DNA of 59,573 nt. It comes from an uncultured Pseudomonadales bacterium (GTDB lineage: Bacteria > Patescibacteriota > Microgenomatia > UBA1400 > CAYXSR01). The notes beneath the pieces are model-generated. The model had not been told where the DNA came from, did no database searches, and saw only the letters and a list, made by a program, of their open reading frames with translations. Positions within the stretch are counted from its first letter, which is position 1. Each line of letters begins with the position of its first letter. A program made the position numbers and the translations under genes. Of this stretch, positions 28,483-37,816 are shown piece by piece. The stretch lies in NCBI GenBank assembly GCA_964430265.1, contig CAYSEI010000001.1, positions 1 through 59,573 on the forward strand. Direction: 5' to 3'.

Positions 28483-29097
28483 ATGGGTGATAAAAGCAAT
28501 TTTATCAAGCAGAATAAGTTAATTTTAATGCTGGGCATGCTTGGTATTCTGCTTTTTTCCTTTGGAATCCTTCTTTTACTTGTTTTTTCTTCGCAAGACT
28601 CTACAAAAATAGAGGTAATCAGTGCTGATCCCCAGGAAAGTTCTGAGCCGGAATTTTTAATTGTTCATGTTTCCGGTGCAGTTGAGTTGCCCGGACTCTA
28701 TCAGCTTGATTATGAAGCAAGAATGAATGATGCTTTAGTTTCTGCCGGTGGTTTATCGGTTGATGCAGACAGAAAATGGTTTTCGCAAAACATTAATCTA
28801 GCGGAAAAAATCATTGATGAACAAAAAATATATATTCCTTATAAGGGAGAAGGAAGTAAAGAGTTAAACAAAGCAGAAACAAATTTAAATTCAAAAGTTA
28901 TTGGCAGTAAGATAAATATCAATACTGCCAATGCAAGTGAATTGCAAAAATTACCCAATGTTGGTGAAAGTACTGCCCAAAAAATTATTGAACACCGTAA
29001 AGAAAACGGCAAATTTACAAAAATTGATGATATTAAAAAAGTCAGCGGAATTGGTGAAAAAACATTTGCAGAATTAAAAGAACTTATTTCCATATAA
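28483..29097 (+). CDS. comEA: ComEA-type DNA receptor (TM anchor, SLBB, tandem helix-hairpin-helix)
   Basis: 204 aa. ININTANASELQKLPNVGESTAQKIIEHRKENGKFTKIDDIKKVSGIGEKTFAELK. Confidence 0.85.
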   Translation: MGDKSNFIKQNKLILMLGMLGILLFSFGILLLLVFSSQDSTKIEVISADPQESSEPEFLIVHVSGAVELPGLYQLDYEARMNDALVSAGGLSVDADRKWFSQNINLAEKIIDEQKIYIPYKGEGSKELNKAETNLNSKVIGSKININTANASELQKLPNVGESTAQKIIEHRKENGKFTKIDDIKKVSGIGEKTFAELKELISI

Positions 29098-29111
29098 AAA
29101 GAGTCCTATAA

Positions 29112-30257
29112 GTGACTAAAACTAAAAGTTATATTGTTATACCTTTTGTAGTATTTATAGTTAGTCTACTTTTTCGGTTTAAGGCAGATCAAAATAAAAA
29201 AATAACCGAAGATTCATTAATTAGGCTATCTGGAAGAATATCTTCAGAACAAAAATTACAGGATGGTCGAATTTTAGTAAAAATTGATGATTATAGCATT
29301 ATTTTCAATGAATACAATGTTTCTCAACCACTAAAATATAATGATTTTCTGATAGTGGTTGGCAATGCCAAGGTTAAAGTGATAGGAGGTTTTTATCAGC
29401 AAATTTCACTGATAAATCCGGAAATTATTCAAATCATAGCCAATGATGATAAAAACCACTTTTTTGGACGCAAAATTAGTATTTTTTTGGATCAAAAAGT
29501 TAAAAAATTGTTTCCGGAACCGCATGCCTCCCTGCTTTCCGGTGTTTTATTGGGCATCAACAACAGGATAGGTGAGGACTTTTATAAGTTGCTTAAAAAA
29601 ACAGGAACATTACATTTAGTTGTTGCTTCCGGAGGGAATATTGTTTTTGTTTTAAATGCAGTAATGTATTTGTTTTTAAGGATTTTTACAGTAAATAGAA
29701 AGAAAGCTTTGCTTATATCCTTGTTATTTATTTTGATATACATAGCAATAGTCGGAATTGAACCGCCAATAATCAGGGCAGGACTTATGAGCGTGCTGGC
29801 AATATTTGCGGCAATCCTGGGAAGGCAGAAAAGCGGGCTTTGGTTTTTATTTTTGGCATCAATGATTATGTTAATAATTAATCCTTTGCTGTTATTCAGT
29901 GTTAGTTTTCAGTTGTCTTTTTTTTCTACTTTAGGATTAATGCTTTTGGGTCCCAAGTTTAGCAACAAAAATGAAAAAATTTTGGGAAAAGTATATTCAG
30001 CTGCAAAAGGGGAGCTAAGGACAACTTTAGCTGCCTTTATTTTTACGGCTCCGGTTGTTTGGTTTAACTTTCAGGAGTTTACAGCTTGGGGTGTGCTTGT
30101 TAATCCTTTGGTAGGTTGGACAATCCCTTATATTATGATTTTGGGGACCGTGACTTTAGTATTGTCAATAATTTCGTTTCCCTTAGCAGTTGCTTTTCAG
30201 CCATTTTGCTTTATATTTCTGGAGTACTTTGTAAAAATTATTAAAATATTTGCATAA
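29112..30257 (+). CDS. comEC: ComEC/Rec2 N-terminal part (OB/DUF4131-like plus competence channel domain), lacking the MBL domain
   Basis: 381 aa. TGTLHLVVASGGNIVFV and multiple TM helices typical of the competence domain. Ends before any metallo-beta-lactamase motif. Confidence 0.75.
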   Translation: MTKTKSYIVIPFVVFIVSLLFRFKADQNKKITEDSLIRLSGRISSEQKLQDGRILVKIDDYSIIFNEYNVSQPLKYNDFLIVVGNAKVKVIGGFYQQISLINPEIIQIIANDDKNHFFGRKISIFLDQKVKKLFPEPHASLLSGVLLGINNRIGEDFYKLLKKTGTLHLVVASGGNIVFVLNAVMYLFLRIFTVNRKKALLISLLFILIYIAIVGIEPPIIRAGLMSVLAIFAAILGRQKSGLWFLFLASMIMLIINPLLLFSVSFQLSFFSTLGLMLLGPKFSNKNEKILGKVYSAAKGELRTTLAAFIFTAPVVWFNFQEFTAWGVLVNPLVGWTIPYIMILGTVTLVLSIISFPLAVAFQPFCFIFLEYFVKIIKIFA

Positions 30258-30345
30258 AGAACTTTGGCTTTCCCCAGGTTGTTCCCGCTGATTTTATAAA
30301 CAGGGTGGGTTTGGAATAAAACCTGTGTTAAAATATATTAGTTTC

Positions 30346-30417
30346 GGGCCCGTAGCTCAATGGTAGAGCAGTTGCCTCTTAAGCAATTGGTTGGGGGTTC
30401 AAGTCCTCCCGGGCTCA
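30346..30417 (+). tRNA. tRNA-Lys (anticodon CUU)
   Basis: Cloverleaf folded by hand: acceptor GGGCCCG/CGGGCUC (one G-U), D arm GCUC/GAGC, anticodon stem GUUGC/GCAAU, loop CU-CUU-AA, T arm GGGGG UUCAAGU CCUCC, discriminator A. CCA not encoded. Confidence 0.9.
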
Positions 30418-30424
30418 CAAGCCT

Positions 30425-30790
30425 TTATAAAAGTGCGCTTGTCAGTTCAGTTTCAATTTCTTCACCCCTGAAAATTTCCAAGCAAGAGTTTTTGTGATTA
30501 CACCAGGGAAAATTAAAAGGTTCTTGTTGGTTAATCTGTGTATTAATTCTTCTTGCAATCTCCCTTGGGCCTGCAGCAGGCGGAAGGGGAAAGTCGGTTA
30601 ATTTAACTAGAGTAGTGTCATTGTCTTTTAGATAAAACCCAAAATATCCAGTAACCAAATATGTTTGTTTAAAACGATGCCATTTCCAAAATTTTTTGGG
30701 AGGGTGGAGGATGCGTATTTCCGGTTCTTTGTATTCTGTATCAATATTTAAACGTCCGCGCTTTGTAAATCCATATTTTTCCAGTTGCAT
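30425..30790 (-). CDS. Hypothetical protein
   Basis: 121 aa ORF on the opposite strand, wedged between the two comEC halves. No motif recognised. Confidence 0.4.
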   Translation of the reverse strand: MQLEKYGFTKRGRLNIDTEYKEPEIRILHPPKKFWKWHRFKQTYLVTGYFGFYLKDNDTTLVKLTDFPLPPAAGPREIARRINTQINQQEPFNFPWCNHKNSCLEIFRGEEIETELTSALL

Positions 30791-30845
30791 GTTTTCATCT
30801 TATTAAGTATTAAACATCTGTCAAGGGTTAATATATAATTGGGTT

Positions 30846-31712
30846 GTGAACAAGAAAAAACTCTTTTATATCTGGATTATTCTACTTGCAGTTATCTGGT
30901 CAATTATTTTATCCTGGCCAAGACAAAATAATTTTGTTGCTTGTGATGTGGGGCAAGGGGATGCAATCCTTATATCCTCGGGATTTAACCAAGTTTTAAT
31001 TGATGGAGGACCCAACGACCAGGTTCTTAATTGTTTGTCAGAAAACATGCCCTTCTGGGACAGGAAGATTGAGATGGTGGTTAATACTCATCCGGACAAA
31101 GACCATTACTATGGGTTAGAAGAAGTTTTTAAAAGATATCAGGTGGAAAGTTTTGTTACCAACAACCTTATTAATCCTTCAGAATATTTCAAGGATTTCA
31201 GGCAGATTGTTTTGGAAAAAGAAGTAAAAATTATTACTCCAAGAAAGGGCGATATTTTAAAGATCAATGAGCTAGAATTTAAAATACTTTGGCCGGAAGA
31301 ACAGCAGAATGATTATTATGCATGGGATAAAGACTTAGAGTTTGATAAAAGAATTTTAGGTGAAAGAACAAAAGGATTTAACAATTCTTCAATTGTAATG
31401 CTTTTTTCTAAAAATGATTTTAATGGGCTTTTAACAGGGGATGTTGAAAGCGAGATTGAGGAAAAAATCGCTTCCGAAAATGAGATTGAGAAATTGGAGG
31501 TTTTAAAAATTGCCCATCACGGAAGCAAATATTCAACGTCCGAGCAATTTTTAAATCTGCTTAAACCCCAAGTTGCAATTATTTCTGTTGGTAAAAACCC
31601 CTGGGGGCATCCGACAAAAGAGGTTTTAGAAAGACTGGAAAAAAACAAAATTAAGATTTTACGAACAGATAAAGAAGAAATAAAAATCAATATGGATACA
31701 TTTATTAATTGA
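30846..31712 (+). CDS. Stand-alone ComEC-type metallo-beta-lactamase domain with its own N-terminal TM helix
   Basis: 288 aa. FVACDVGQGDAILISSGFNQVLIDGGPN and VNTHPDKDHYYG (ComEC MBL-type motifs), ...LKIAHHGSKYS. Confidence 0.75.
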   Translation: MNKKKLFYIWIILLAVIWSIILSWPRQNNFVACDVGQGDAILISSGFNQVLIDGGPNDQVLNCLSENMPFWDRKIEMVVNTHPDKDHYYGLEEVFKRYQVESFVTNNLINPSEYFKDFRQIVLEKEVKIITPRKGDILKINELEFKILWPEEQQNDYYAWDKDLEFDKRILGERTKGFNNSSIVMLFSKNDFNGLLTGDVESEIEEKIASENEIEKLEVLKIAHHGSKYSTSEQFLNLLKPQVAIISVGKNPWGHPTKEVLERLEKNKIKILRTDKEEIKINMDTFIN

Positions 31713-31752
31713 TTTATTTATCTTCTTCTTTTATGATTAAAATAATATAGAT

Positions 31753-32190
31753 ATGCAAAAACATAAATCTGCCTTTACCCTAATGGAACTTCTTTTAGTA
31801 ATTGCGCTTATAGCTGTTTTTTTTGCTGTTGGCAGTCAATATATGTTTCGCAACCATGCAAAAAATGTTCTTTATACAAAAACAGAAGAATTAGCAGACT
31901 ATTTGAAATTGGCGCAGCAAAAATCAATCAGTGCAGAACGAGGAATCAAGTATGGTGTAAAATTTGTTCCCGCGGAACACAAATATTTACTTTTGCCGGA
32001 AAATAAGGTGATAAAACTATCTCAGCAAATCAAACAGATGAATACTAATAGGACGGAAATATATTTTGATAAGTTGACTGGCAAACCGGACAATAATTTG
32101 CAAGTGGAATTATTTACTTCAGATTTTAAAACCAGGGTTACAGTTAATGAACAAGGTATTGTTGAATTTAGCAAGCCGGAGAAAATATGA
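31753..32190 (+). CDS. Type IV pilin-like / pseudopilin (GspH/FimT-like)
   Basis: 145 aa. Prepilin leader MQKHKSA|FTLMELLLVIALIAV with Glu at +5. Confidence 0.75.
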   Translation: MQKHKSAFTLMELLLVIALIAVFFAVGSQYMFRNHAKNVLYTKTEELADYLKLAQQKSISAERGIKYGVKFVPAEHKYLLLPENKVIKLSQQIKQMNTNRTEIYFDKLTGKPDNNLQVELFTSDFKTRVTVNEQGIVEFSKPEKI

Positions 32191-32642
32191 ATTTTAAATT
32201 AAACAATAAAAAAGGCCAATTATTATTGGAGTTAATGATTGCAGTAACGGTTTTTGCCTTAACAGTTTTTTACTTTATTATGACCTTGAAAAATGTTTTG
32301 CTAAAAAAAAGTGATTATCGCGACCGAATTGCTGCAAGTTATTATGCACAGGAGGGGATAGAGGTTGCTTACAATATAGGCATAAACATAGATTGGACCA
32401 GTTTCAAAAACAAGGCTTATAATAGTGAATCTGAAGCTATGGCTAATCCCTACCATTCTGAATTAAATCCAGTTTCCCTGGCAAGTGGAGAAAAGGAATT
32501 TGAAGGGAAGTATATGCAAAAGATTTTTTTACAAAGGGACGGGGAAAAAGTAATTGTAACCAGCAGAGTTGAATGGTTAGAGAATTCCAACCTGGAAAAT
32601 ATAGACTACAAGACTTATCTAATTCAATTAAATGATAATTAA
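32187..32642 (+). CDS. Type IV minor pilin-like protein
   Basis: 151 aa. NNKKG|QLLLELMIAVTVFAL with Glu at +5. 4-nt overlap with the upstream gene. Confidence 0.7.
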   Translation: MNFKLNNKKGQLLLELMIAVTVFALTVFYFIMTLKNVLLKKSDYRDRIAASYYAQEGIEVAYNIGINIDWTSFKNKAYNSESEAMANPYHSELNPVSLASGEKEFEGKYMQKIFLQRDGEKVIVTSRVEWLENSNLENIDYKTYLIQLNDN

Positions 32643-32650
32643 ATCTAAAA

Positions 32651-33145
32651 ATGAATAAAAATAAAGGAAAAAAAGGACTGACAATTATTGAACTTTTAAT
32701 ATTTGTTGGTTTAGCAGCAATAGTATTTATTTATTTTTTCGGAATATTTAAAGATTTTTATCTGGCGCGTAACCGTTCCAACCGAATGGAAGAGGTATAT
32801 AATTCCATTACAATTTCTTTAAACAATATAATTCAGGATTCTCGCTGGAGTGTCAGCTGTGATACTTCATATTCCGACCGTCTGGTTTTGGAGAGCGGTG
32901 ATCCGGTTGTAGGTGATGTGATTTATGAATTAGACGGCGGTGTTTTTAAACGCAACAATATTCCTATAACTGACGAAGAGATTGAGGTTCTTGATTTTAG
33001 TGTTGAAAAAAGAGGTGGAGCTGATGAAACTCCTCTTCTAATTATCTCCCTAGCAGTGGAGCACAAAGATAAAAACCCGCGCGTATTTTTGCAGGAAAGC
33101 ATGGTTATTTCTCTGAGGGAAGATGATGTTAAGGTGATCTTATGA
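32651..33145 (+). CDS. Type IV minor pilin-like protein
   Basis: 164 aa. KGKKG|LTIIELLIFVGLAAIV with Glu at +5. Confidence 0.7.
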   Translation: MNKNKGKKGLTIIELLIFVGLAAIVFIYFFGIFKDFYLARNRSNRMEEVYNSITISLNNIIQDSRWSVSCDTSYSDRLVLESGDPVVGDVIYELDGGVFKRNNIPITDEEIEVLDFSVEKRGGADETPLLIISLAVEHKDKNPRVFLQESMVISLREDDVKVIL

Positions 33146-34332
33146 AAATAAACAAAAAGGGCTATTCAAACCTGGTGATTGTTTTTATGCTTAGTACTTT
33201 TATGACTTTAATTCTTTTTGCGCTTTTATTGACTTCGTATCTGGATTCAAAAAGAGTAGCACAGATTGTTGATTCAAAAAAGGCCTACTACTTTGCAGAA
33301 GCGGCAATGAATGAAACAATTTTAGAGATAAGGAAAGCTCCTGCAGTTCGCCCAGATAATAGAATATATATGGTTGCTGATGCAGAAGTAACCCGGGAAA
33401 CAACAGAAGAACCGCCTGATTGTCCAATAAGAGTAGAGCTTAATTCAAAATACAAAAATGCCAAAAGAAAAATCAGTGCTTGTTTTGAAACAGGTCCTGC
33501 AATTGCAGTTCCTTTAGATATTGTTTTGGTCACGGATCATTCGGGGAGTATGTCTAATATTGGTTCACTTGAGAAAGCTAAAGTTGCAGGTAAAAGCTTT
33601 GTCCATAAGGTTCATCAAAAGGCGCAAGACGAAAATGTTAATCACAGAGTAGGGGTAGTTCTTTTTGGGGAAAGAGCAGAAAAAAAATTAAGTCTGCATC
33701 CGGTAAAAACGCCTACAGGAGAAACTTTAGTCAAAAATGCAGTTGAAGAAGACAGAAATTGTGGAGGTTCAACAAATATTGCTGATGGAATTTACATGGC
33801 AAGGGAAGAATTAAAAGATAATGGTCGAAGTGATTCTATTAAAGTAATTCTGATTTTATCAGACGGTGTACCGCAAAAAGCTTATTCTTCATGCAGTTGT
33901 CGTTCTAATGAGTGTACGTGTTCTTTTAAGAATGGATGTGATCCGATGTCTAATCCATACGAGCCACATTATCAAGGTAAAAATGAAGGTAATTGTTGTA
34001 CTGATGATGCTATAGACCAAGCAAAAAAAGCCAAAAACCAAGACGGATTTATTATATTTTCAATACATTTAGGCAAAAATTATGCTAGTACTGCTTGTAG
34101 TCCTGAAAATCTAGGGCTGCCAGAAACAAAAAAATTGGGTAGATTAACTCTTTTAAGGGTAAGTAATGAACCTCCAGATCAAACTTTGCCTGGTCCGGGT
34201 GAAGTCCGCACCTATTACAAAGAAACAGATAACGACTCAGAATTGGAAAATATCTATAATGAAGTGGCAGACAGTATAACTCTGCCTACTTTTGGGACGC
34301 TAAGTGAAGAAATTCCTGATCCAGATTTTTAA
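33142..34332 (+). CDS. PilX/GspK-like minor pilin carrying a vWA domain with a Cys-rich insert
   Basis: 396 aa. INKKG|YSNLVIVFMLSTF (no Glu+5). MIDAS-type DIVLVTDHSGSM ... GGSTNI ... ILILSDG. Insert SSCSCRSNECTCSFKNGCDP...NEGNCCTDD. Confidence 0.7.
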   Translation: MKINKKGYSNLVIVFMLSTFMTLILFALLLTSYLDSKRVAQIVDSKKAYYFAEAAMNETILEIRKAPAVRPDNRIYMVADAEVTRETTEEPPDCPIRVELNSKYKNAKRKISACFETGPAIAVPLDIVLVTDHSGSMSNIGSLEKAKVAGKSFVHKVHQKAQDENVNHRVGVVLFGERAEKKLSLHPVKTPTGETLVKNAVEEDRNCGGSTNIADGIYMAREELKDNGRSDSIKVILILSDGVPQKAYSSCSCRSNECTCSFKNGCDPMSNPYEPHYQGKNEGNCCTDDAIDQAKKAKNQDGFIIFSIHLGKNYASTACSPENLGLPETKKLGRLTLLRVSNEPPDQTLPGPGEVRTYYKETDNDSELENIYNEVADSITLPTFGTLSEEIPDPDF

Positions 34333-34892
34333 TTGATTAAAATTCTGCCTTGATTAAAAAGAACCTCCAGTTTATTATCCTTTTTTTCATTGAAGATATA
34401 AGAGTGAGGAAGAATCTCCAGGTTTGTTTCTCCCTGTTTAAGAGGAGAAAAAGTCAAGGTTGCAATTTTACCTTTACCCATAAGAGTTTCATTTGTTTCA
34501 AATATAAGCCGGTCTTTTTCCCGGATAAACTTTGGGTCGGTAAAAATATAGCCGTTTTCAGAATTTTTAAGGTTTAAATATTCTGGGTCATATTTTAAAA
34601 CAATTTTGCTTCCGCCGATAGTTTTTCCCTTGGTATTAAGGTTCAAGTCAATTTCAAAATCCGAGTTTAGATCTTGTTCTAATTGGCTTGGTTCAAGCAA
34701 TACAGTAACTGCATCTGTTTCTGGGGTAAGAGTGGAACCGCCTTGTTCTAAGCCTGGTTCTCCAAGATAAACTTCCGGCTGGCGCTCTTTTTTAAAAGAA
34801 AAATCATTTAAAATAAAAGTATTGAATATAAAAAGGGAAAAGAGAGGGAAAAGTAATAAGCCTGCAAAAGTTATTTTCTTTGATTTATCCAT
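34329..34892 (-). CDS. Membrane-anchored protein with a cohesin-like domain (tentative)
   Basis: 187 aa. Signal anchor ITFAGLLLFPLFSLFIF. FEIDLNLNTKGKTIGGSKIVLKYDPEYLNL...GKGKIATLTFSPLKQGETNLEI fits the cohesin-type pattern. Confidence 0.4.
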   Translation of the reverse strand: MDKSKKITFAGLLLFPLFSLFIFNTFILNDFSFKKERQPEVYLGEPGLEQGGSTLTPETDAVTVLLEPSQLEQDLNSDFEIDLNLNTKGKTIGGSKIVLKYDPEYLNLKNSENGYIFTDPKFIREKDRLIFETNETLMGKGKIATLTFSPLKQGETNLEILPHSYIFNEKKDNKLEVLFNQGRILIN

Positions 34893-34952
34893 TATTAATT
34901 CATCCTAGAATAAATATTTTCTCTTGTCAATACAGTTCTAATTATAAAAAAC

Positions 34953-34980
34953 TTGACTTTTAAATATAAGCTGGTATACT
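34953..34980 (+). promoter_or_regulatory. Sigma70-type promoter of the T-box operon
   Basis: TTGACT (34953-34958), 16-nt spacer, TATACT (34975-34980). Confidence 0.55.
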
Positions 34981-34986
34981 TTTGAA

Positions 34987-35228
34987 TAATTGAAAATTAA
35001 ATTAAATCCGCTGAAGGGAGTCGCGATCCCTGAGGAGCCTGTAAAAATACAGGACGGCAGAAGACCGTAACAACTTCAAACTCTTGTCATCAATATCTGA
35101 TAGAGAGAGTTGTCAAGTTCTTAATCTGTGAAGGTTAAGATAAATAAAGGGTGGTACCGCGTTTGGTATTAGAAAACGCCCCTTTGATTATGAACAATTA
35201 CGTTCGTAGTCAGAGGGGCGTTTTTTTT
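34987..35228 (+). promoter_or_regulatory. T-box riboswitch leader with antiterminator/terminator switch
   Basis: Canonical T-box sequence AAAGGGTGGTACCGCG (35146-35161). Antiterminator: AAAGGG / bulge UGGUACC / GCG...CGC / CCCUUU. Competing terminator: ACGCCCCUUUGA (35176-35187) pairs with UCAGAGGGGCGU (35210-35221), followed by a U8 run to 35228. Stem III-like hairpin UCUUAAUC/GGUUAAGA at 35119-35140. The Stem I region is non-canonical (three short hairpins, 35016-35068). Confidence 0.8.
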
Positions 35229-35301
35229 GCGCTTGTAGCTCAAAGGAAAGAGCAACTTCTTTCTAAGAAGTAGGCTGCGGGTTCAACTCCCGCCAAGCGC
35301 A
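35229..35301 (+). tRNA. tRNA-Arg (anticodon UCU)
   Basis: Acceptor GCGCUUG/CAAGCGC, D arm GCUC/GAGC, anticodon stem ACUUC/GAAGU, loop UU-UCU-AA, T arm GCGGG UUCAACU CCCGC, discriminator A. Begins at the first base after the T-box terminator U-run. Confidence 0.9.
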
Positions 35302-35328
35302 CAATAAAGGAAATATAAAAAATATTTA

Positions 35329-36792
35329 GTGAAAGGAAACATGTTAAAAGAAACAAACAACAGAACAATTGAATGGCTTGAAAGCCAAGAATTCAACGTT
35401 CAGAGTTCGTTAGAAAAAGTTATATTCTCTTGGAACCTAGGAAAAGAACTTGAAGAAATGTCAATGATAGAAAAAAAGAAAACAGGGTTTTTAGTTGACA
35501 CTGCATTGTCAGCCTATGGATTAAACATTGATGAAGAAACCTATCAGGAAATAGTTGATGGATTTTATCCCGAGCTTAAAGATGAGCTTAAACAGGGACT
35601 GACAGACAATCATAGTTCATTGGCAACTAAAATTAAAGGGGGCGGAGTACAGACGACATTAAAATATGCTCCGGTATTAATGGGTGAATATGAGTTGGGT
35701 GCACTAGCACCTTTAAAGGTTAAAAAAAAGGAGCAGGAAACAGTTGTGCAAATTAATAATTCAGTTATTGATTGGGAATTAGGCATTGATTTTCCTAATC
35801 CTCCAACACATGCAGTTACATATTTTGAACACAATGGAGAAACTTTTTTAGGCAAATCATATGTTGATGCATGTGTTAGCAGTGATAAAGGAGGTTTTGT
35901 TTTGGTTGATAGTAATCATTCTTGTGAACAAGGTTGTGCTTTTTGTACTTATGAAGGAGGAGATATTGAACTTATGCCTGATAATTTTGCTAAGCTAAAG
36001 AAAGTTCTTACATGCTTGGTTGAAAACACAGGTTCAATAAGTGCTTGTTTTTCTAGTGGTTCAGGTTTAGCACCAGATAGAAAAATGGTAGATATTTTTG
36101 CTCCTATGCTTAAAATTGTTGATGAGCTAAAACAAGAGTATTCTGAAGTAGATGTTGCTTTAGAGTTAGAACTGATGCCCTGGGATGAATCTGTAGACCC
36201 TGAGGTTTTAGACCTAATAGACAAATATTATCAGAAAGGATATATAAAGGCAGTAAATCTAAATATTGAAACTCCTGTTGGTATTGATAGAGAAGAGTTT
36301 ATGCAAACAGGGTTATTTGGCAAAGCCGAAATACCTGTAATGGATGAAGAAGGCAAACAGAGAAGCTATTTAGGTACATTTAAGCTTTTAAGAGAAAAAT
36401 TTCCTGAAATACAGCTAGCAGGTTTAATTGTATATGGAGTTAAACCGCAGTTCTGCAGTTGGGCAGATTACAGTAGAAAGTGCTTAGAAACTGTTGATCT
36501 TTTTGCGCAGCATAATGTTAAAATTCTATTGCAACCGGCAAAAATATCTTCTAAAACCAAAATGGCAGAATATCCAGTAGTGGACTTGTTTTGGCTAACG
36601 GGTTCAATTTTACTAGCAGACTTTATCCATCTTAAGCACCAATTGGAGAAAAAACAAAGAGTTGGGTGTGTAAACGGTTGTGATGCTTGTGATTCCTCAA
36701 GAAGCGGTTATAGTTTGCTAAAGTTTATCCAAAGAAACGGAGGGGACGAACAGGTTGAAAAACTATTAAGTCCATGGCTAGATGAATTATAA
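35329..36792 (+). CDS. Radical SAM enzyme of unassigned subfamily (~190-aa N-terminal extension, second Cys cluster near the C-terminus)
   Basis: 487 aa from GTG 35329 (alternative ATG at 35341). SNHSCEQGCAFCTY = CX3CX2C. Second CX3CX2C in VGCVNGCDACDSS near the C-terminus. Confidence 0.65.
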   Translation: MKGNMLKETNNRTIEWLESQEFNVQSSLEKVIFSWNLGKELEEMSMIEKKKTGFLVDTALSAYGLNIDEETYQEIVDGFYPELKDELKQGLTDNHSSLATKIKGGGVQTTLKYAPVLMGEYELGALAPLKVKKKEQETVVQINNSVIDWELGIDFPNPPTHAVTYFEHNGETFLGKSYVDACVSSDKGGFVLVDSNHSCEQGCAFCTYEGGDIELMPDNFAKLKKVLTCLVENTGSISACFSSGSGLAPDRKMVDIFAPMLKIVDELKQEYSEVDVALELELMPWDESVDPEVLDLIDKYYQKGYIKAVNLNIETPVGIDREEFMQTGLFGKAEIPVMDEEGKQRSYLGTFKLLREKFPEIQLAGLIVYGVKPQFCSWADYSRKCLETVDLFAQHNVKILLQPAKISSKTKMAEYPVVDLFWLTGSILLADFIHLKHQLEKKQRVGCVNGCDACDSSRSGYSLLKFIQRNGGDEQVEKLLSPWLDEL

Positions 36793-37777
36793 TTTAAGAT
36801 TATACTGGGGGGAAAATTTTACTCCTAAACCCTATAACGTTAAAAAAAGGCTTGAAAAAGCAGTTTTGGAATCCTTACAAAGAATCCATTTGTATCCAGG
36901 AATTATTCAAGAAGAAACTGTTAATTGTTTGGCAAAGAAATACTGCCTGAATAAAAACAAAATAATTACCGGGAATGGAATTGAATCGCTCGTTCATCTT
37001 ATATCCAGAACTATAGGGAAAAACAAGAAAGTAGCAATTTTGAGTCCAAGTTTTACGCTTTATAAGCAGGCTACTATTGTTTATGGAGGGAAGGTAATTA
37101 AGATACAAGTAAGGACTGGGCAGAAATTTTCTGTTGATGAACTGCTAGAAAAAGTTAAGGATAGCAAGCTTTTTTTTCTTGCATATCCGAATAATCCAAC
37201 TGGACAATATATTATTGATCCGGATAAAATAGATAAATTTTTAAACAGTTATCAGGGAATTTTAGTTGCAGATGAATGCTATTATGGTATCGGTGAAAAT
37301 ACATTGCTGGATTTAACTAAAAAGCATGCAAATTTGTTAGTTTTAAGAAGCTTTTCTAAAACTGTTGGTTTAGCAGGCATTAGATTTGGATTTGCAGTTG
37401 GAAAAGAGAAAATGATAGAAGAACTTAAGAAATATTCTAGCAATATTGAGGTTGATAAGCTAAATATTTTCAGCTGTCTTGTTGTGCAGGCAGTTCTGCC
37501 CTATACAGACAAGCTTGTGAACAATTTTAAAAATCTTAAGGAAAAGTTTGAGGGTTACTTAAAGAAATCTGGATTTGATGTAGTTGAAAGTAAAACAAGT
37601 TTCGTATTGATTCAGCTAAAAAAAGAAAACAAGGTTCAGAAAGTGATTGAAAAGTTAAAAGAAAAAGGTATTCAAGTAAAGAAAAATAAGGATTTAAATG
37701 AAAACATACTAATTTTTGCAGTTCCAAAAAAAACAGATTGGAAGTACTTTATAGCAAGTTTAAAAAAGTCGCTTTAG
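36782..37777 (+). CDS. Class I/II PLP aminotransferase, HisC/CobD-like
   Basis: 331 aa. YPNNPTGQ, VADECYYG, LRSFSKTVGLAGIRFGFAVG (SFSK PLP-lysine motif). Overlaps the radical SAM gene by 11 nt. Confidence 0.75.
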   Translation: MNYNLRLYWGENFTPKPYNVKKRLEKAVLESLQRIHLYPGIIQEETVNCLAKKYCLNKNKIITGNGIESLVHLISRTIGKNKKVAILSPSFTLYKQATIVYGGKVIKIQVRTGQKFSVDELLEKVKDSKLFFLAYPNNPTGQYIIDPDKIDKFLNSYQGILVADECYYGIGENTLLDLTKKHANLLVLRSFSKTVGLAGIRFGFAVGKEKMIEELKKYSSNIEVDKLNIFSCLVVQAVLPYTDKLVNNFKNLKEKFEGYLKKSGFDVVESKTSFVLIQLKKENKVQKVIEKLKEKGIQVKKNKDLNENILIFAVPKKTDWKYFIASLKKSL

Positions 37778-37816
37778 ATCTGGTTTTTTGTTATACTTTA
37801 TTCAGTAAAAGGCAAA

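Noticed and set aside
30346-30845. Integrated mobile element at tRNA-Lys.
   Set aside because: No integrase, no recognisable direct repeat of the tRNA 3' end and only one small ORF are present. It is kept as a hypothesis within the split-comEC finding, not annotated as a mobile element.
35013-35077. The Stem I region of the T-box can be drawn as a four-way, cloverleaf-like junction: GAAG/CUUC closing three hairpins.
   Set aside because: The stems are only 3-6 bp, and alternative folds are equally possible by eye. Without covariation or probing data this is not supportable. It is mentioned only as context for the unresolved specifier.
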